A DNA stretch of 64,000 bases from Myxococcaceae bacterium (lineage in GTDB: Bacteria > Myxococcota > UBA727 > JABDBI01), in NCBI GenBank assembly GCA_016000045.1, contig JAECQY010000001.1:169194-233193 (forward strand), in the 5' to 3' direction. This document shows, in pieces, positions 27,503 to 38,480 of the stretch. Numbering within the stretch: position 1 is the first letter of the stretch; each line of letters starts with the position of its first letter. Below the pieces are notes generated by a model, which saw nothing but the letters and a program-made list of their open reading frames with translations, was not told the origin of the DNA and ran no database searches. Both the position numbers and the translations under genes were made by a program.

Positions 27503-27548
27503 ACCAACAATAACCTTGCTAAGCAGAAGGTTTTGTTGGTTTTTTTTA
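27503..27548. terminator. Bidirectional Rho-independent terminator between convergent rpmF and rplI
   Basis: Hairpin aaaaccaacaataacctt-gctaagcag-aaggttttgttggtttt, with an A-run on one side and a T-run on the other. Confidence 0.7.
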
Positions 27549-27608
27549 TTAAAAAAGCCTCCAAAGTCGGATAAAAGACTCTGGAGGCTGTGGGAGAGAT
27601 CGAAAAAA

Positions 27609-28079
27609 CTAGGCTGTGGCTTCTGCTTCGGGTACAACCACAAGGTTGATCAGGGCTTTCACATCTCCTTCGAGACGAAGTTCGATGGAATGAAGTCCAA
27701 CAGACTTGATCGGTTGTTCAAGCTTGATATCTCGATGCGAGATGTTGTGATTTTGAGAGGCAAGCGCTTTCTCAATATCTCGAGTTCCAATGGAACCGAA
27801 CAACTTGCCCTGTTCGCCAACCTTGACAGAAATCGTCAACTGAGTTTGATTGAGTTTTTGAGCGAGGTCTTGTGAATGTGCTTTACGTTTTTGACGTTGA
27901 TGCTCAATCAAGCGCTTCTGGTGGTCGAACTGCCTGACGCGCTTTTCTGAAACCGGAAGAGCCAGAGATTGGGGGAATAAAAAATTTCGTGCGTAGCCTG
28001 GACGAACCTTAACAACGTCTCCTAAACGTCCCAGGTTCAAAACATCTCGAGCTAAAATAACATTTACGTTGGCAGCCAT
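27609..28079 (-). CDS. rplI: 50S ribosomal protein L9
   Basis: NVILARDVLNLGRLGDVVKVRPGYARNFLFP. Confidence 0.9.
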   Translation of the reverse strand: MAANVNVILARDVLNLGRLGDVVKVRPGYARNFLFPQSLALPVSEKRVRQFDHQKRLIEHQRQKRKAHSQDLAQKLNQTQLTISVKVGEQGKLFGSIGTRDIEKALASQNHNISHRDIKLEQPIKSVGLHSIELRLEGDVKALINLVVVPEAEATA

Positions 28080-28081
28080 GA

Positions 28082-28519
28082 TTAATACTCCTGCATCTCG
28101 TCGAAATTGCCGTCCATCACGCCTTCATCAAAACGATCAAAATCGGAGGCAAACTTTTGAGGTTCTTTGCGTTCTCGAACAACGACGACTTCAAATTGAT
28201 CGGCTTGTTCTTCTCGGCTGGCTGGGTCGACATCTTTGGCCAGCAAGACGCTTTGTCGCAAAATAATCGATTCATCGATAGCAAGGCTACGTTCGTATTC
28301 CGCCACAAGGCCTGGATTGCCCAGATAGCGATGGTGCACATAAACCCCACGCTGATGGTTACCGCGTTCCCAGGCAAGTTTGCGGCGTCCCCAGCAATCT
28401 GCTTTAATATTTTTGCCGCCTTCTCGTGTGACCAAGTCTTTCATCTTGATCATGAATTCTTTGACCCCAAGGTCTGTGACTTCAGGGTTCAATACGTAGA
28501 TGCTTTCATATTCGCGCAT
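28082..28519 (-). CDS. rpsF: 30S ribosomal protein S6
   Basis: MREYESIYVLNPEV...WGRRKLAW. Directly abuts rplI with no rpsR or ssb between. Confidence 0.85.
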   Translation of the reverse strand: MREYESIYVLNPEVTDLGVKEFMIKMKDLVTREGGKNIKADCWGRRKLAWERGNHQRGVYVHHRYLGNPGLVAEYERSLAIDESIILRQSVLLAKDVDPASREEQADQFEVVVVRERKEPQKFASDFDRFDEGVMDGNFDEMQEY

Positions 28520-28646
28520 AAACGCGACTTAGAGCACGGTTATAGGTAACTAGCAAGTGGGATCCTCCCGTGAACAAGGAGTCTATGGTCCCAAATATTG
28601 TTGTTCGAGACTTGAGTCCCATAGGTACCAGTGCTATGCAGTTTGG

Positions 28647-30320
28647 ATGGCACGATCGGTCTTTGGATTATTGGACGAGGCTGCAACTCATTTTCCCAAT
28701 CGAACAGCCTTGAAGTACAAAGAGAAGGACGTTTGGAAGGAGCTTAATTGGCGTGAAGTGCGCGATCGGGCCTGCGCGGTTGCTTCTCAATTAATTGAAC
28801 GAGGGATCCAAAGTGGTGATCGAGTCGTGATCTTATCTCAGACCCGCTTTGAGTGGGCGATTGCTGACTTGGGGATTTTGGCTGCTGGGGGATGTACGGT
28901 TCCCATCTATCATTCCAACATCGCATCCGATGTGGCTTATATTGCTCAGGATTGCGATGCTCGATTGGCCATTGTGGAAAACAGTCTTCAAGCTGCCAAG
29001 CTTCCCCATCTCCAACAAATTCGAATCGATGACTTGAATCCAACCATCACTCAAGAAAAAGAAATCCGAAAGCGAGTTGCGGCAACGAAAGAAAGCGATT
29101 GGGCAACCATTATCTACACTTCAGGTACCACTGGCAATCCCAAAGGCGCTTGTTTGACACACAGCAACCTTCTGTATGAGGCAGAAGCGATCGAAGAGAT
29201 TGAACTCCTTTCTTCTTCGGATGTTCAGTTGATTTTCCTTCCTTTGGCGCATGTCTTTGCGAGAGTGATGGAAATCGCTTGGCTCAAGACCGCGCATGTT
29301 TTGTGTTTTGCCGAAAGCGTGGAAGCCGTTGTCAGCAACATGAAAGAGATTCAGCCCACCTTCATGGCGGCTGTTCCACGAGTCTATGAGAAAGTCTACG
29401 CTCGAGTCCTGGTGAAAGCACGTTCGGGGCGTTATTTAAAGCGTCAAATTGCGAATTGGGCCTTCGAGAAACAGAAAAAACCACAGGGTTTAGCCTGGTT
29501 GCTTGCCCGTTACCTTGTCTTTTCCAAGATTGAACAGGGCTTTCAGGAGATGTTTGGGAAGCGGCTGCGATTTTTTATTTCGGGCGGAGCGCCATTGAAC
29601 CCAGAGATAGGAGCTTTTTTTAAGGACGCAGGCGTTCAAATTTTAGAGGGTTGGGGCTTGACCGAAACAGCGGCTGCAACGTGTGTCAATCGGCCGCAGC
29701 AAAATCGCATGGGAACAGTCGGTCAACCTTTGCCTAGAACAGAGCTTCGCATTGCAGAAGACGGAGAGGTCGAGGTTCGTGGACCTGGAGTGTTCCAGCA
29801 ATATTGGAATTTACCCCAGCAGACTGCGGAGGCTTTCAAAGATGGCTGGTTTAAAACCGGTGATATGGGTGTGATTGACCCAGAAGGGTTTTTGCGGATC
29901 ACGGGTCGCAAGAAAGACATCATTATCACAGCGGGTGGTAAAAAGATTGCGCCTCAAAAGCTTGAAAATGCACTGAAAGCAGCCACAAGCTTGATCTCTC
30001 AAGTTTTGGTGTTTGGGGATCAAAAACCTTATTTGATCGGTTTATTGACCTTGGATGCTCAAGTCGTTGAAGGGTTTGCGAAGCGCAAGGGATTCTCTGG
30101 GAACTTCGAAGAGCTGATCGGACATCCGGAAGTGCTGAGGCGAATCGAGCAAGCGATCAAGCGGGTCAACCAAGGTTTATCTTCCTTCGAGCAAATCAAA
30201 AAGTTTCAAATATTGCCGCAAGACTTTTTAGTTGGAGAAGAACTAACACCGACACTTAAAGTCAAGCGGGGGTACTGCGTTCAAAAATTTCGAACGCATA
30301 TTGAAAGGCTTTACCGTTAG
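28647..30320 (+). CDS. AMP-dependent synthetase/ligase (long-chain fatty-acid-CoA ligase-like)
   Basis: AMP-binding motif IYTSGTTGNPKG and the GWFKTGD region. Confidence 0.8.
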   Translation: MARSVFGLLDEAATHFPNRTALKYKEKDVWKELNWREVRDRACAVASQLIERGIQSGDRVVILSQTRFEWAIADLGILAAGGCTVPIYHSNIASDVAYIAQDCDARLAIVENSLQAAKLPHLQQIRIDDLNPTITQEKEIRKRVAATKESDWATIIYTSGTTGNPKGACLTHSNLLYEAEAIEEIELLSSSDVQLIFLPLAHVFARVMEIAWLKTAHVLCFAESVEAVVSNMKEIQPTFMAAVPRVYEKVYARVLVKARSGRYLKRQIANWAFEKQKKPQGLAWLLARYLVFSKIEQGFQEMFGKRLRFFISGGAPLNPEIGAFFKDAGVQILEGWGLTETAAATCVNRPQQNRMGTVGQPLPRTELRIAEDGEVEVRGPGVFQQYWNLPQQTAEAFKDGWFKTGDMGVIDPEGFLRITGRKKDIIITAGGKKIAPQKLENALKAATSLISQVLVFGDQKPYLIGLLTLDAQVVEGFAKRKGFSGNFEELIGHPEVLRRIEQAIKRVNQGLSSFEQIKKFQILPQDFLVGEELTPTLKVKRGYCVQKFRTHIERLYR

Positions 30321-31563
30321 CGCAGGGTTAGGATTTTGGCGCGATACAAGATTCCGCCGATGGCAAGCCCTGTAAACATCGGAGCAATCGCTAAAAAACG
30401 TTCCCCATGGCTTGTGCCTAAATCGAGCCAACAGCAAGCAAACAGAATCGCACAGGATCCAAATCCCAAAGTCATCAAAGCGACTTGAAAATGATGTTTG
30501 AGTTTCCAATTTTCGCGCCAAACCGCCACTACGGTGAGTGTGTAGGCCGAACCGACTCCCAGAACCGTAAAAGCAAAAATGGTGCGTAATTCAGAGGTAA
30601 AACAAAGCAGACACCAAACAATGAAACCGTGTAACAGCATCGCCATGGGTTGGCTCATTCCGGAGATTCGTGCGATATTGGTGATATTGCCTAGGGAGAC
30701 TCCGAACAAACTGTTGGAGAAACTCAGGAGTATGGCTGAGCTGATGCCAACTCCTAAGGCGAAAGTAAGCTCCTGAGACCCGCCGAGGTAGCTTGGAAAA
30801 GCCATGGCGCCCTCCGCGGCGAGCGAATCAACTCCCATGATCTGGAGCAGGCCAAAGTTAAACACGGTGTACAGGAGTGCAGTGATGAAAAAAGCGGTCA
30901 GAACAACTTTACCAACCGATTCAGGCCCATCTTTCAGTAAATGAGTCAATGAGCAGCAAGCCTCGAACCCCAAATAGCCGAAGATGACGGTTGGAATCGT
31001 TGCCGGAAGAGAAGCCGTTAAGCTCAAGGGATAGCTTAAGTCCGACTTGTAGAAAAAAGCAGTGAGAGCCACTACAATCAGCAAAGGAATCAATTTGAGC
31101 AAAGTGGCACCCGCTTGAATGCGGCTAACCAGCCCTAAGGGCATGAGGTTGAGCAATGAAAACAGAGTCAGAATCATGGCGTGGGTCATCGAAGGATGTT
31201 CGGAGGCAAAAGAGAAGCCCAATTGTTGAGCAAGCCCCGTTTGCAGGAGCACGGTCATGGCAGAAGCCGTTCCCATCATGTAGCCCAGCAAAAACATCCA
31301 TTGTGCCACAAATCCGAAAACAGGACTGATTCCCTGAGCGCAATAGTGATAAAAGCCGCCCTCGCCTGGAAAGAGGACTGGCGCACGAGCAACTGCCCAG
31401 ACAATGGGGAACATCAAAACAGCTGCGAGTAGCCAAGAAGCAAAACTGAGGCTTCCCGCAAGCGCTGCCATGCTTTGTGGACCGGCGAAGATCCCACCTC
31501 CTACGATGATATTGATGCTCATCAAGACGGCAGTCCAAAAAGGGATTTTCTGTTGTAAGCTCA
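30317..31563 (-). CDS. Amino-acid permease (APC superfamily)
   Basis: Twelve TM segments. N-terminus INIIVGGGIFAGP. Confidence 0.65.
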
Positions 31564-31748
31564 TGGGGGCCTCAATAGGGCTTGGGATTCGATGCGTCAA
31601 CACCGAGTGTTGGTTGGATTGGCTCTGATTGGGCCCATACCCTTATTGACAATGTGCCTTCGCACTGAAAGAGTGCTCCACGCAAAAGACCCAGGCAAAG
31701 CGGCAATGAGGCTGCGTTTCGGGTGTCCTCACAAAAGGTGAAAATAAT

Positions 31749-32012
31749 ATGGCTCTTCGTCCAAAACAAGAAATCGTTTCGCAATTTGCTCAGCATCCCA
31801 GTGATACAGGCTCACCAGAAGTCCAGGCTGCTCTGCTGACCGATCGGATTAATCATTTAACCGAACACTTTAAAATACATTCTCACGATCACCACTCCAG
31901 ACGCGGATTGCTTAAAATGGTTTCTCAGCGTCGCAGCTTGGTGAAATACTTGAACAAACTCGATCATGGTCGCTACAAGAAGCTCATTGCCGCTCTTGGA
32001 CTGCGTAAGTAA
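31749..32012 (+). CDS. rpsO: 30S ribosomal protein S15
   Basis: [23 protein letters not shown]; 87 aa. Confidence 0.95.
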   Translation: MALRPKQEIVSQFAQHPSDTGSPEVQAALLTDRINHLTEHFKIHSHDHHSRRGLLKMVSQRRSLVKYLNKLDHGRYKKLIAALGLRK

Positions 32013-32024
32013 AAATAAGTATTT

Positions 32025-34151
32025 ATGGATCACAACAGCAAAAAACATTTTCAGGTTAGTGTTCAAATTGGCGACGTTCCCATGGTTTTTGAAATGGGCA
32101 AAGTGGCTAAACAAGCCTCAGGAGCCGTATGGGTCCGTTGGGGCGAATCCGTGGTTTTGGTGACGGCTTGTGCGAGCGATCAGCCTCGCGAAGGAATCGA
32201 TTTCTTTCCGCTGACTTGCGAGTACATTGAGAAAGCCTACGCGGCAGGTCGAATACCGGGAGGTTTTTTTAAGCGCGAAACCAAACCGCGCGATGCTGAG
32301 ATTTTGAATGCACGCATCATCGACCGTTCCCTTCGGCCTTTGTTCCCCGAAGGGTTTCGCAACGATGTGCAAATCATCGCTACGGTGATGTCCCACGATG
32401 GGCAACACAGTACCGATGTCATGGCTCTGTGTGGAGCTTCGATGGCTTTGCATGTGAGCAACTTGCCCTTTGCCCTTTCTTCGGGTCCGATTGCTGGAGT
32501 GCGGGTTGGCCGAATTGCTGGGAAACTGGTTGCGAATCCAACGGTTGCGCAAATGGCTCAAAGCGATATCGACATGATGGTTGCTTCTTCGCAAGATGCC
32601 ATTGTGATGGTCGAAGGAGGCGCTCACCAGGTTTCAGAGTTGGATTTAATTGATGCTTTGTTTTTTGCTCAATCCGAAGGCATGAAAGTGATCAGCGCTT
32701 GTCAAGAGATGCGCTCTGAAATGGGTGTGCCGAAACTTAATCTTGAGGCTCCGCAAAGGAAAGAGGAGCTCTTTGCGCGTGTCGAAGCGCTGGCTTCGCA
32801 CGAAGGGCTTGCTCAGGCGCTTCAGATTCATGAAAAGCAAAATCGTTACGGCAGGATGGATGAAATCAAAGCAACTGTTTTGGCGGCTTTCTCAGAAGAA
32901 GAATCCAGCACAGTAGCCCGTTATTTCTCAGAACTCAAAGCGCGTTTGATGCGCTTTAGCGTCCTAGACACCCAGACGCGAATCGATGGCCGTCGATTTG
33001 ATCAAATTAGGCCTATCTGCGCGGAAGTCGGTATTTTGCCTCGTGCACACGGGTCTGCCTTGTTCACGCGAGGGGAAACGCAAGCGGTTGTCACGGCGAC
33101 TCTTGGCACACAGGATGACGAGCAAAAAACAGATACCCTTTTAGGGGAAGCTTCTAAGAAGTTTATGCTTCACTATAATTTCCCGCCCTTTTCGGTGGGG
33201 GAAGCAAGGCCCTTGCGAGGAACCTCTCGTCGCGAGATTGGGCATGGTGCTTTGGCTGAGCGAGCCGTTGAGAAAATGGTTGAGCAGGGCGATGATTTTC
33301 CTTACACGATTCGAATCGTTTCAGAGATTACAGAGTCGAATGGGTCTTCATCGATGGCCTCGGTTTGCGGAGCCACTCTTTCGATGTGGGATGCTGGAAT
33401 TAAGCTGAAAGCTCCTGTGGCTGGTATTGCGATGGGCTTGATTCAAGAAGGTGATCGAGTCGCTGTTTTAAGTGATATCTTAGGCGATGAAGATCATCTG
33501 GGAGATATGGATTTTAAAATCTGCGGGACCGAGCATGGGGTGACGGCCATTCAGATGGACATTAAGATTGATGGTCTTTCCAAAGAGGTCTTAACTCAAG
33601 CCTTGGAGCAAGCGCGTCAAGGTCGATTGCATATCCTTGCCGAGATGAAGAAGGGCCTTTCCCAATCGCGAGCAGAACTCTCTGTGTACGCACCGCGTAT
33701 TACGACGCTTCGTGTACACCCTGATAAGATTCGAGATGTGATTGGACCCGGTGGTCGAGTGATTCGTGACATTGTTGCTCGTTCGGGTGCTAAAATTGAG
33801 ATTACCGACGACGGTATTGTAAAAATTGCAGCGGTGGGCTCCGAAAGTCTTCGAAAAGCGATTCGTATCATTGAGGATTTAACGAAAGAAGCTGAGATAG
33901 GCGTTGTATACCGAGGTCTTGTTAAACGCATTGTCGATTTTGGAGCCTTTGTTGAGCTCTTTCCCGGAACGGAAGGACTCTGCCATGTGTCTGAATTGGC
34001 TGAAAACCGAGTGAACCAAATTAGCGATGTTTTACAAGAAGGAGACGAAGTCAACATCGTCGTCTTGAGCATCGACCGAGAAGGCAAAATCCGCCTCAGT
34101 CGAAAACGCGCGTTAGGTAAGGAACCCGGTGAAAAAGTCAGTCTTTCTTAG
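32025..34151 (+). CDS. pnp: Polynucleotide phosphorylase
   Basis: Two RNase-PH domains, a KH domain and a C-terminal S1 domain. Standard rpsO-pnp linkage. Confidence 0.95.
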   Translation: MDHNSKKHFQVSVQIGDVPMVFEMGKVAKQASGAVWVRWGESVVLVTACASDQPREGIDFFPLTCEYIEKAYAAGRIPGGFFKRETKPRDAEILNARIIDRSLRPLFPEGFRNDVQIIATVMSHDGQHSTDVMALCGASMALHVSNLPFALSSGPIAGVRVGRIAGKLVANPTVAQMAQSDIDMMVASSQDAIVMVEGGAHQVSELDLIDALFFAQSEGMKVISACQEMRSEMGVPKLNLEAPQRKEELFARVEALASHEGLAQALQIHEKQNRYGRMDEIKATVLAAFSEEESSTVARYFSELKARLMRFSVLDTQTRIDGRRFDQIRPICAEVGILPRAHGSALFTRGETQAVVTATLGTQDDEQKTDTLLGEASKKFMLHYNFPPFSVGEARPLRGTSRREIGHGALAERAVEKMVEQGDDFPYTIRIVSEITESNGSSSMASVCGATLSMWDAGIKLKAPVAGIAMGLIQEGDRVAVLSDILGDEDHLGDMDFKICGTEHGVTAIQMDIKIDGLSKEVLTQALEQARQGRLHILAEMKKGLSQSRAELSVYAPRITTLRVHPDKIRDVIGPGGRVIRDIVARSGAKIEITDDGIVKIAAVGSESLRKAIRIIEDLTKEAEIGVVYRGLVKRIVDFGAFVELFPGTEGLCHVSELAENRVNQISDVLQEGDEVNIVVLSIDREGKIRLSRKRALGKEPGEKVSLS

Positions 34152-36870
34152 TGTTGTATTTTTAAGTTGCCAAATATTAGCGTTGCAACCTCTTTCTGCA
34201 ACGGAGCGTCCAGATTTCAAATTGATCGTGACGGGAGGTCTTTTAGGCCTTCAGAGTGGTCGAGAAGGTTTCTGGAGTTCGCCTTTGTTTCGGCTTGGAC
34301 CAGAAGCTGCGTTAACGATTCAAGATGCAACGGTTCAAGCTTATTCCTTTGGCGATACGGTTTTTTTTTCTGAGCATTCGATTGATTTGGAGAAGCTTTT
34401 GGTTGCCGCTAGACCCTCTGCAACCCGATCGATTCAAGGTTTGATCGCTGCGCAACTTTATGGTGTGGCGTTAACGGATGGAGGTTTAAGCTCTGCCGAT
34501 TCGGATGCTTTCAGCCGTGAGCTTGGAGCCACTCAGACACGCTTTCAGGTACAACCTGTTCCGATCTTGGGCCAAGTGGTATTCGCTGTCGATTTATCGT
34601 TGAATCAATCGGGTGTTCAATGGCCATCTAGAGTGAAAGAGTTCTCGCGCGTGGATGGAGTGCTGGCGGTTCAAAAGAAAGCAGGCAGAAGCTATTATTT
34701 CTTTCCCAGAAGTTTTCAATCTACCCAGCGAACCTTTGAATTTGTGGATCGATTTTTGAAGAATGGGAACGGCATTCCGACTCGTTATGTGGATTTGGGA
34801 AATGCTCTGACGAATAGCGAGCATGAAACACTGGATTCCGCCATCGAAATGAGCCGTTTGATCATGGCGCGAGATCCGGCTGCGTTGGCTTTGGGGCGTT
34901 ATGATCTAAACGTGCTGATGGGCTTGCCTGAGAAGTCTGCCTACATTGGCGCTTTTACGGGGACAGGAGCTCCTTCGGGCGATCGAAAAGTTCGAATTGG
35001 GGATCAAGATATTCGATTCTTGGCCTTGGGTCATTTGTCGGACGTGGCTGCTGGATTTTTAAAAAAGGATTGGCGTTCCATTTCCATTGCGGAATCGATT
35101 GCGCGTGTCAAATTGACCGATCCAGATTTAGTCGTTGGCCTGAGTGAGAATAGCCTCTCTGCGGCCCAAGCGATTGAATACCCTGCGCTTGATTTGGTGC
35201 TGTCTCTGGCAAACGTTCGAGGAGGAGTCCTTCCAACCGAAGATGATATCCATCTCCGCGGCAATGAACAGCTTGGAATGCGCAGTGTAGCACCTTTGGT
35301 TCGCGTGGCTTCTTCGGATGTGACGGAAGTCTCCGTTTGGCTGAGCAAGCCGGGTCAAATCCGTCGCGTGTTGGTGAAGCGTCATCCAATCGTGGATGGA
35401 GTTGCGAGCCGAAAGAGCTTTGATCAGCCAGTTTTGGCTAAGAAAAACTGGAAACAAAAAGATTTTGAGAATCTGCTCGGAAATGTGCTGCTGAATGCTT
35501 ATCCAGATTCGGAATTGGTGATCGTCGAGAAACGAGCTGCACCCACAGCCATCGATGCAGCCTTGCCAATGCCGCTGGCTGAGAAGCTGATTGCTCCCCA
35601 TGGTCGAAGCATCAAGATTAAATTGGGCGGATACTTCCTGAAGAAAATTCTGACGGCGATCAAGAAAGATCAGTTTGAGTTGAATGTGCTTGTGGTGAAC
35701 ACCCTGAAAAGGCCGGTGTCTTCCACCGAAGTCTATCAACTGGTGGTCAGCGAGCGCGTCCTTGCTGCGATCAGCCATTTTGTCGCTCGCGAGAATCTCT
35801 TTGCAAGTACCAGCAATCCATCTCAATCTTTGCAAGTGGCGATGCAAGAAAGCAATCGCGAAGCGCATAAAATTTTCTTTCAGATCCGAAAGAGAGAAAG
35901 TCGCGAAACTCAGTCGATCGATGAACGGACTCGCCTGCTAGAAGCGGCACCCAGCATGCGAGAGCTGGTACGGGTTGGTATTCTAGATTTTGCTTGGACC
36001 GAAAAACGCCCGGAACGCTCGGTCTTGTTGTTTGAAATCAGCGATTTGGATCTGGGTTTGAAACTTAATAGCGTGAACACGACTCTGCTTCATTGGCAAG
36101 AAGAGGGGAAGGCCAATAGTCAAATAGCCTTTGATGAAAACAGGTTTTGGGATTCAAATTATTTGAATTATCTGTTCAACGTCAAGAGCGGGCTTTCTTA
36201 CTTAAGTCCCAAAGTGGAAGCGAGTCTCACGGGAAGCGTCAAGTTTTACCAATCCAACGCAGACAAACCGAATGCGAAAACAATGAAAGAAGTACAAGGG
36301 GCCAGACCGGGGAAAGATTCGGTCAAACTCGAAGCCGAAGTTCGAGTCCCGGTGCCTGTTTACGTATCGCCTCTGTTCAAGCTTGCCTACGAAACCCAGT
36401 TGTGGCCGAATGCGCTCTTGACGAAAATCGATCCCCAATATTGGCCTCGCCGAGTTCACGATATGCGACTTTTTTTGGGGCTTTCTCGAAGGCCTGCAAT
36501 GAGCTTCGAACTGTTCCGAGCTGGAGCGCTTCTGGCTTATGATTTTAGCCGGGATAGGCCTGCTCAGTCCTTTGGATTGGGTTTTGAGCTTGGGGGAGGG
36601 TACCGTTATAATTGGCGCTATTTTGGCTTCAAAGTTGACTCCAGTTTTCGAAAGTTGTTTTCGATGGTGAGTGACCCGGCTCCGGGAAGGATGAGTATGA
36701 TTTGGTTGACCGATGCCAGCATCAGTGTGCCGATTGTGCACGGCTTCAGTGTTTCGGCGATGAGCAATCTAAATATTGGTGAGCGCATGGATATGCCCTG
36801 GAAGTTTGGTGTCGGCCTTGTTTTTGGGTTTGCGCTGTCTTATGGCGCCCAGTTCAAATGGTTGCTGTAG
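34129..36870 (+). CDS. Large hypothetical secreted protein (913 aa), possible outer-membrane C-terminal domain
   Basis: Signal peptide. C-terminal ...GAQFKWLL. No family recognised. Confidence 0.35.
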   Translation: MKKSVFLSVVFLSCQILALQPLSATERPDFKLIVTGGLLGLQSGREGFWSSPLFRLGPEAALTIQDATVQAYSFGDTVFFSEHSIDLEKLLVAARPSATRSIQGLIAAQLYGVALTDGGLSSADSDAFSRELGATQTRFQVQPVPILGQVVFAVDLSLNQSGVQWPSRVKEFSRVDGVLAVQKKAGRSYYFFPRSFQSTQRTFEFVDRFLKNGNGIPTRYVDLGNALTNSEHETLDSAIEMSRLIMARDPAALALGRYDLNVLMGLPEKSAYIGAFTGTGAPSGDRKVRIGDQDIRFLALGHLSDVAAGFLKKDWRSISIAESIARVKLTDPDLVVGLSENSLSAAQAIEYPALDLVLSLANVRGGVLPTEDDIHLRGNEQLGMRSVAPLVRVASSDVTEVSVWLSKPGQIRRVLVKRHPIVDGVASRKSFDQPVLAKKNWKQKDFENLLGNVLLNAYPDSELVIVEKRAAPTAIDAALPMPLAEKLIAPHGRSIKIKLGGYFLKKILTAIKKDQFELNVLVVNTLKRPVSSTEVYQLVVSERVLAAISHFVARENLFASTSNPSQSLQVAMQESNREAHKIFFQIRKRESRETQSIDERTRLLEAAPSMRELVRVGILDFAWTEKRPERSVLLFEISDLDLGLKLNSVNTTLLHWQEEGKANSQIAFDENRFWDSNYLNYLFNVKSGLSYLSPKVEASLTGSVKFYQSNADKPNAKTMKEVQGARPGKDSVKLEAEVRVPVPVYVSPLFKLAYETQLWPNALLTKIDPQYWPRRVHDMRLFLGLSRRPAMSFELFRAGALLAYDFSRDRPAQSFGLGFELGGGYRYNWRYFGFKVDSSFRKLFSMVSDPAPGRMSMIWLTDASISVPIVHGFSVSAMSNLNIGERMDMPWKFGVGLVFGFALSYGAQFKWLL

Positions 36871-37226
36871 AAGAGCGAGAACTGTTTTTGGAATGGGTTC
36901 GGAATCTTGAGCGAGTGTCGCCAAAGCCAGAACCCGAGCTGGCCCCTGTGCGGAAAGCCTTGCGTCGCAAGAAACCGCTTCCCTACGAAGCCCGCATTGA
37001 TCTGCATGGCATGACGGTGGAGCAAGCGTCGTACCGGATTCGAGCTTTTATCGGAGCTTGTCAGGCCAAAAAACTCCGACGTATTTTGGTTATACACGGT
37101 AAAGGCAGCGGTATTTTACGCGATGAGATTCGCATGCTCTTAGGTGGCCTGTCTTCCGTGAAAGAAGTTCAAGAAGCGCCACCTCGATTGGGAGGCGAAG
37201 GCGCTGTCTTAATTGCGGTCGAATAG
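36858..37226 (+). CDS. Smr-domain protein
   Basis: IDLHGMTVEQA...VIHGKGSGILR. Confidence 0.75.
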   Translation: MVAVEERELFLEWVRNLERVSPKPEPELAPVRKALRRKKPLPYEARIDLHGMTVEQASYRIRAFIGACQAKKLRRILVIHGKGSGILRDEIRMLLGGLSSVKEVQEAPPRLGGEGAVLIAVE

Positions 37227-37234
37227 GCGGGACT

Positions 37235-38128
37235 TTATCGGCAAGTCAGAGTATTCAGATCGCACGAACTCCCTAAGCAGCTATTATGGTTACTGACGGT
37301 GCAGGGTGTGTTGGCTTTGCCCTCCATCACCATGGCTCCAAGCACGCAATCGAATAACAGCCCATTGTCTGCTGCTCGCTCGCCCGTTTCAGGATTTACA
37401 CAAGGATCAACGAACTGACACCAGGAATCGGGAGCTTGGTTGTAAATGTCGGGTTTATTGCAGGTGCTTTGGTTGACGCAGATGGATCCAAAATTGATTA
37501 AACCCGAACTGCCGCAGTGGGTGTATCGATTCGCTCCTAAATCAAAGCGTTCAACGATTGGCGTGAGAGCAATGTAAGGGTCAGAGCCTTGTAAAGAACC
37601 GGTAGCCCAACGAAAAGCAGCGCCAGTGCTGCCTGCGTCACAGTCCTCGGCCGGAAGCGTGTTGGCATCGTAAACCCCATCGTCTAGTTCGGTGGCCTGG
37701 TCTAAATTCTGATATCCACAAATGCCATTGCCGGTGGAGCTAACCAGCAAACCGGTTGTTTGGTGTCTATGCTCTTGGTTGTTAAAAACGATGGGGCTAA
37801 CTCCCAGCTGAAATTGATAATTCCACACCGGCTGATTGCCGAAACGAGTATAACCATATTCCTGGTTGCCGTCCAAATTGAGAACCGTGGCGTAGACTTG
37901 CTCATAGTCGTTTGTGCTGTGTAGCCGGACGCATCGCTGTGTATTCCCGGCATCTGCTAAACACAGATCAACCGGATCTTCTGCACTGCTGGGTACCTTG
38001 ACGCATTTAAGGCCAGGAGTTGGCGCGAGCGCATCGTATAGGCAATAAGGGTGCAAACCGTAGTTGTATGCGGCGATCAGAACGCTTGGGTTGAGAGCAA
38101 GGGTTGTAATCCAGAGCAGAATTTTCAT
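37235..38128 (-). CDS. Cys-rich secreted hypothetical protein
   Basis: Signal peptide, many Cys residues, no recognisable family. Confidence 0.35.
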   Translation of the reverse strand: MKILLWITTLALNPSVLIAAYNYGLHPYCLYDALAPTPGLKCVKVPSSAEDPVDLCLADAGNTQRCVRLHSTNDYEQVYATVLNLDGNQEYGYTRFGNQPVWNYQFQLGVSPIVFNNQEHRHQTTGLLVSSTGNGICGYQNLDQATELDDGVYDANTLPAEDCDAGSTGAAFRWATGSLQGSDPYIALTPIVERFDLGANRYTHCGSSGLINFGSICVNQSTCNKPDIYNQAPDSWCQFVDPCVNPETGERAADNGLLFDCVLGAMVMEGKANTPCTVSNHNSCLGSSCDLNTLTCR

Positions 38129-38406
38129 TTTTTATCTCCAAATAGTTTCTCAATGATATCATTTTTAATTATTTGTCTTGGAAAAATTTTAAATGAATAT
38201 AGAAATAAATACGATGAACTCTGTGAGATGCAGCCGCAGCGATTCCTGGCAAAATAAGTTATGGCGTTTAGACAACCGTTTAGCTTCGGAGACTTGGGAG
38301 CCAAAAGAATACGACTGCGATCGTCCTGTCCAAAGCTGCGAGGGCTTACACCTTGTTTGAATCGACTAACAATTTCTACCCAAGTCTAAAAAACTCGCGA
38401 GTCATT

Positions 38407-38435
38407 TTGACAGTGGTCAAAAAAATTTGTAATAT
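38407..38435 (+). promoter_or_regulatory. Near-consensus sigma70-type promoter (TTGACA - 17 bp - TAATAT), oriented antisense to the ppk1 3' end
   Basis: Exact -35 hexamer, 17-nt spacer, -10 TAATAT. No convincing downstream gene; ORF 38442-38669 is rejected. Confidence 0.3.
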
Positions 38436-38480
38436 GAGAGCATGCAGGGACGCTACCACTATTTGCGTCTGCATCCGCTT

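Noticed and set aside
35128-35868. 246-aa minus-strand ORF
   Set aside because: Antisense to the 913-aa hypothetical gene.
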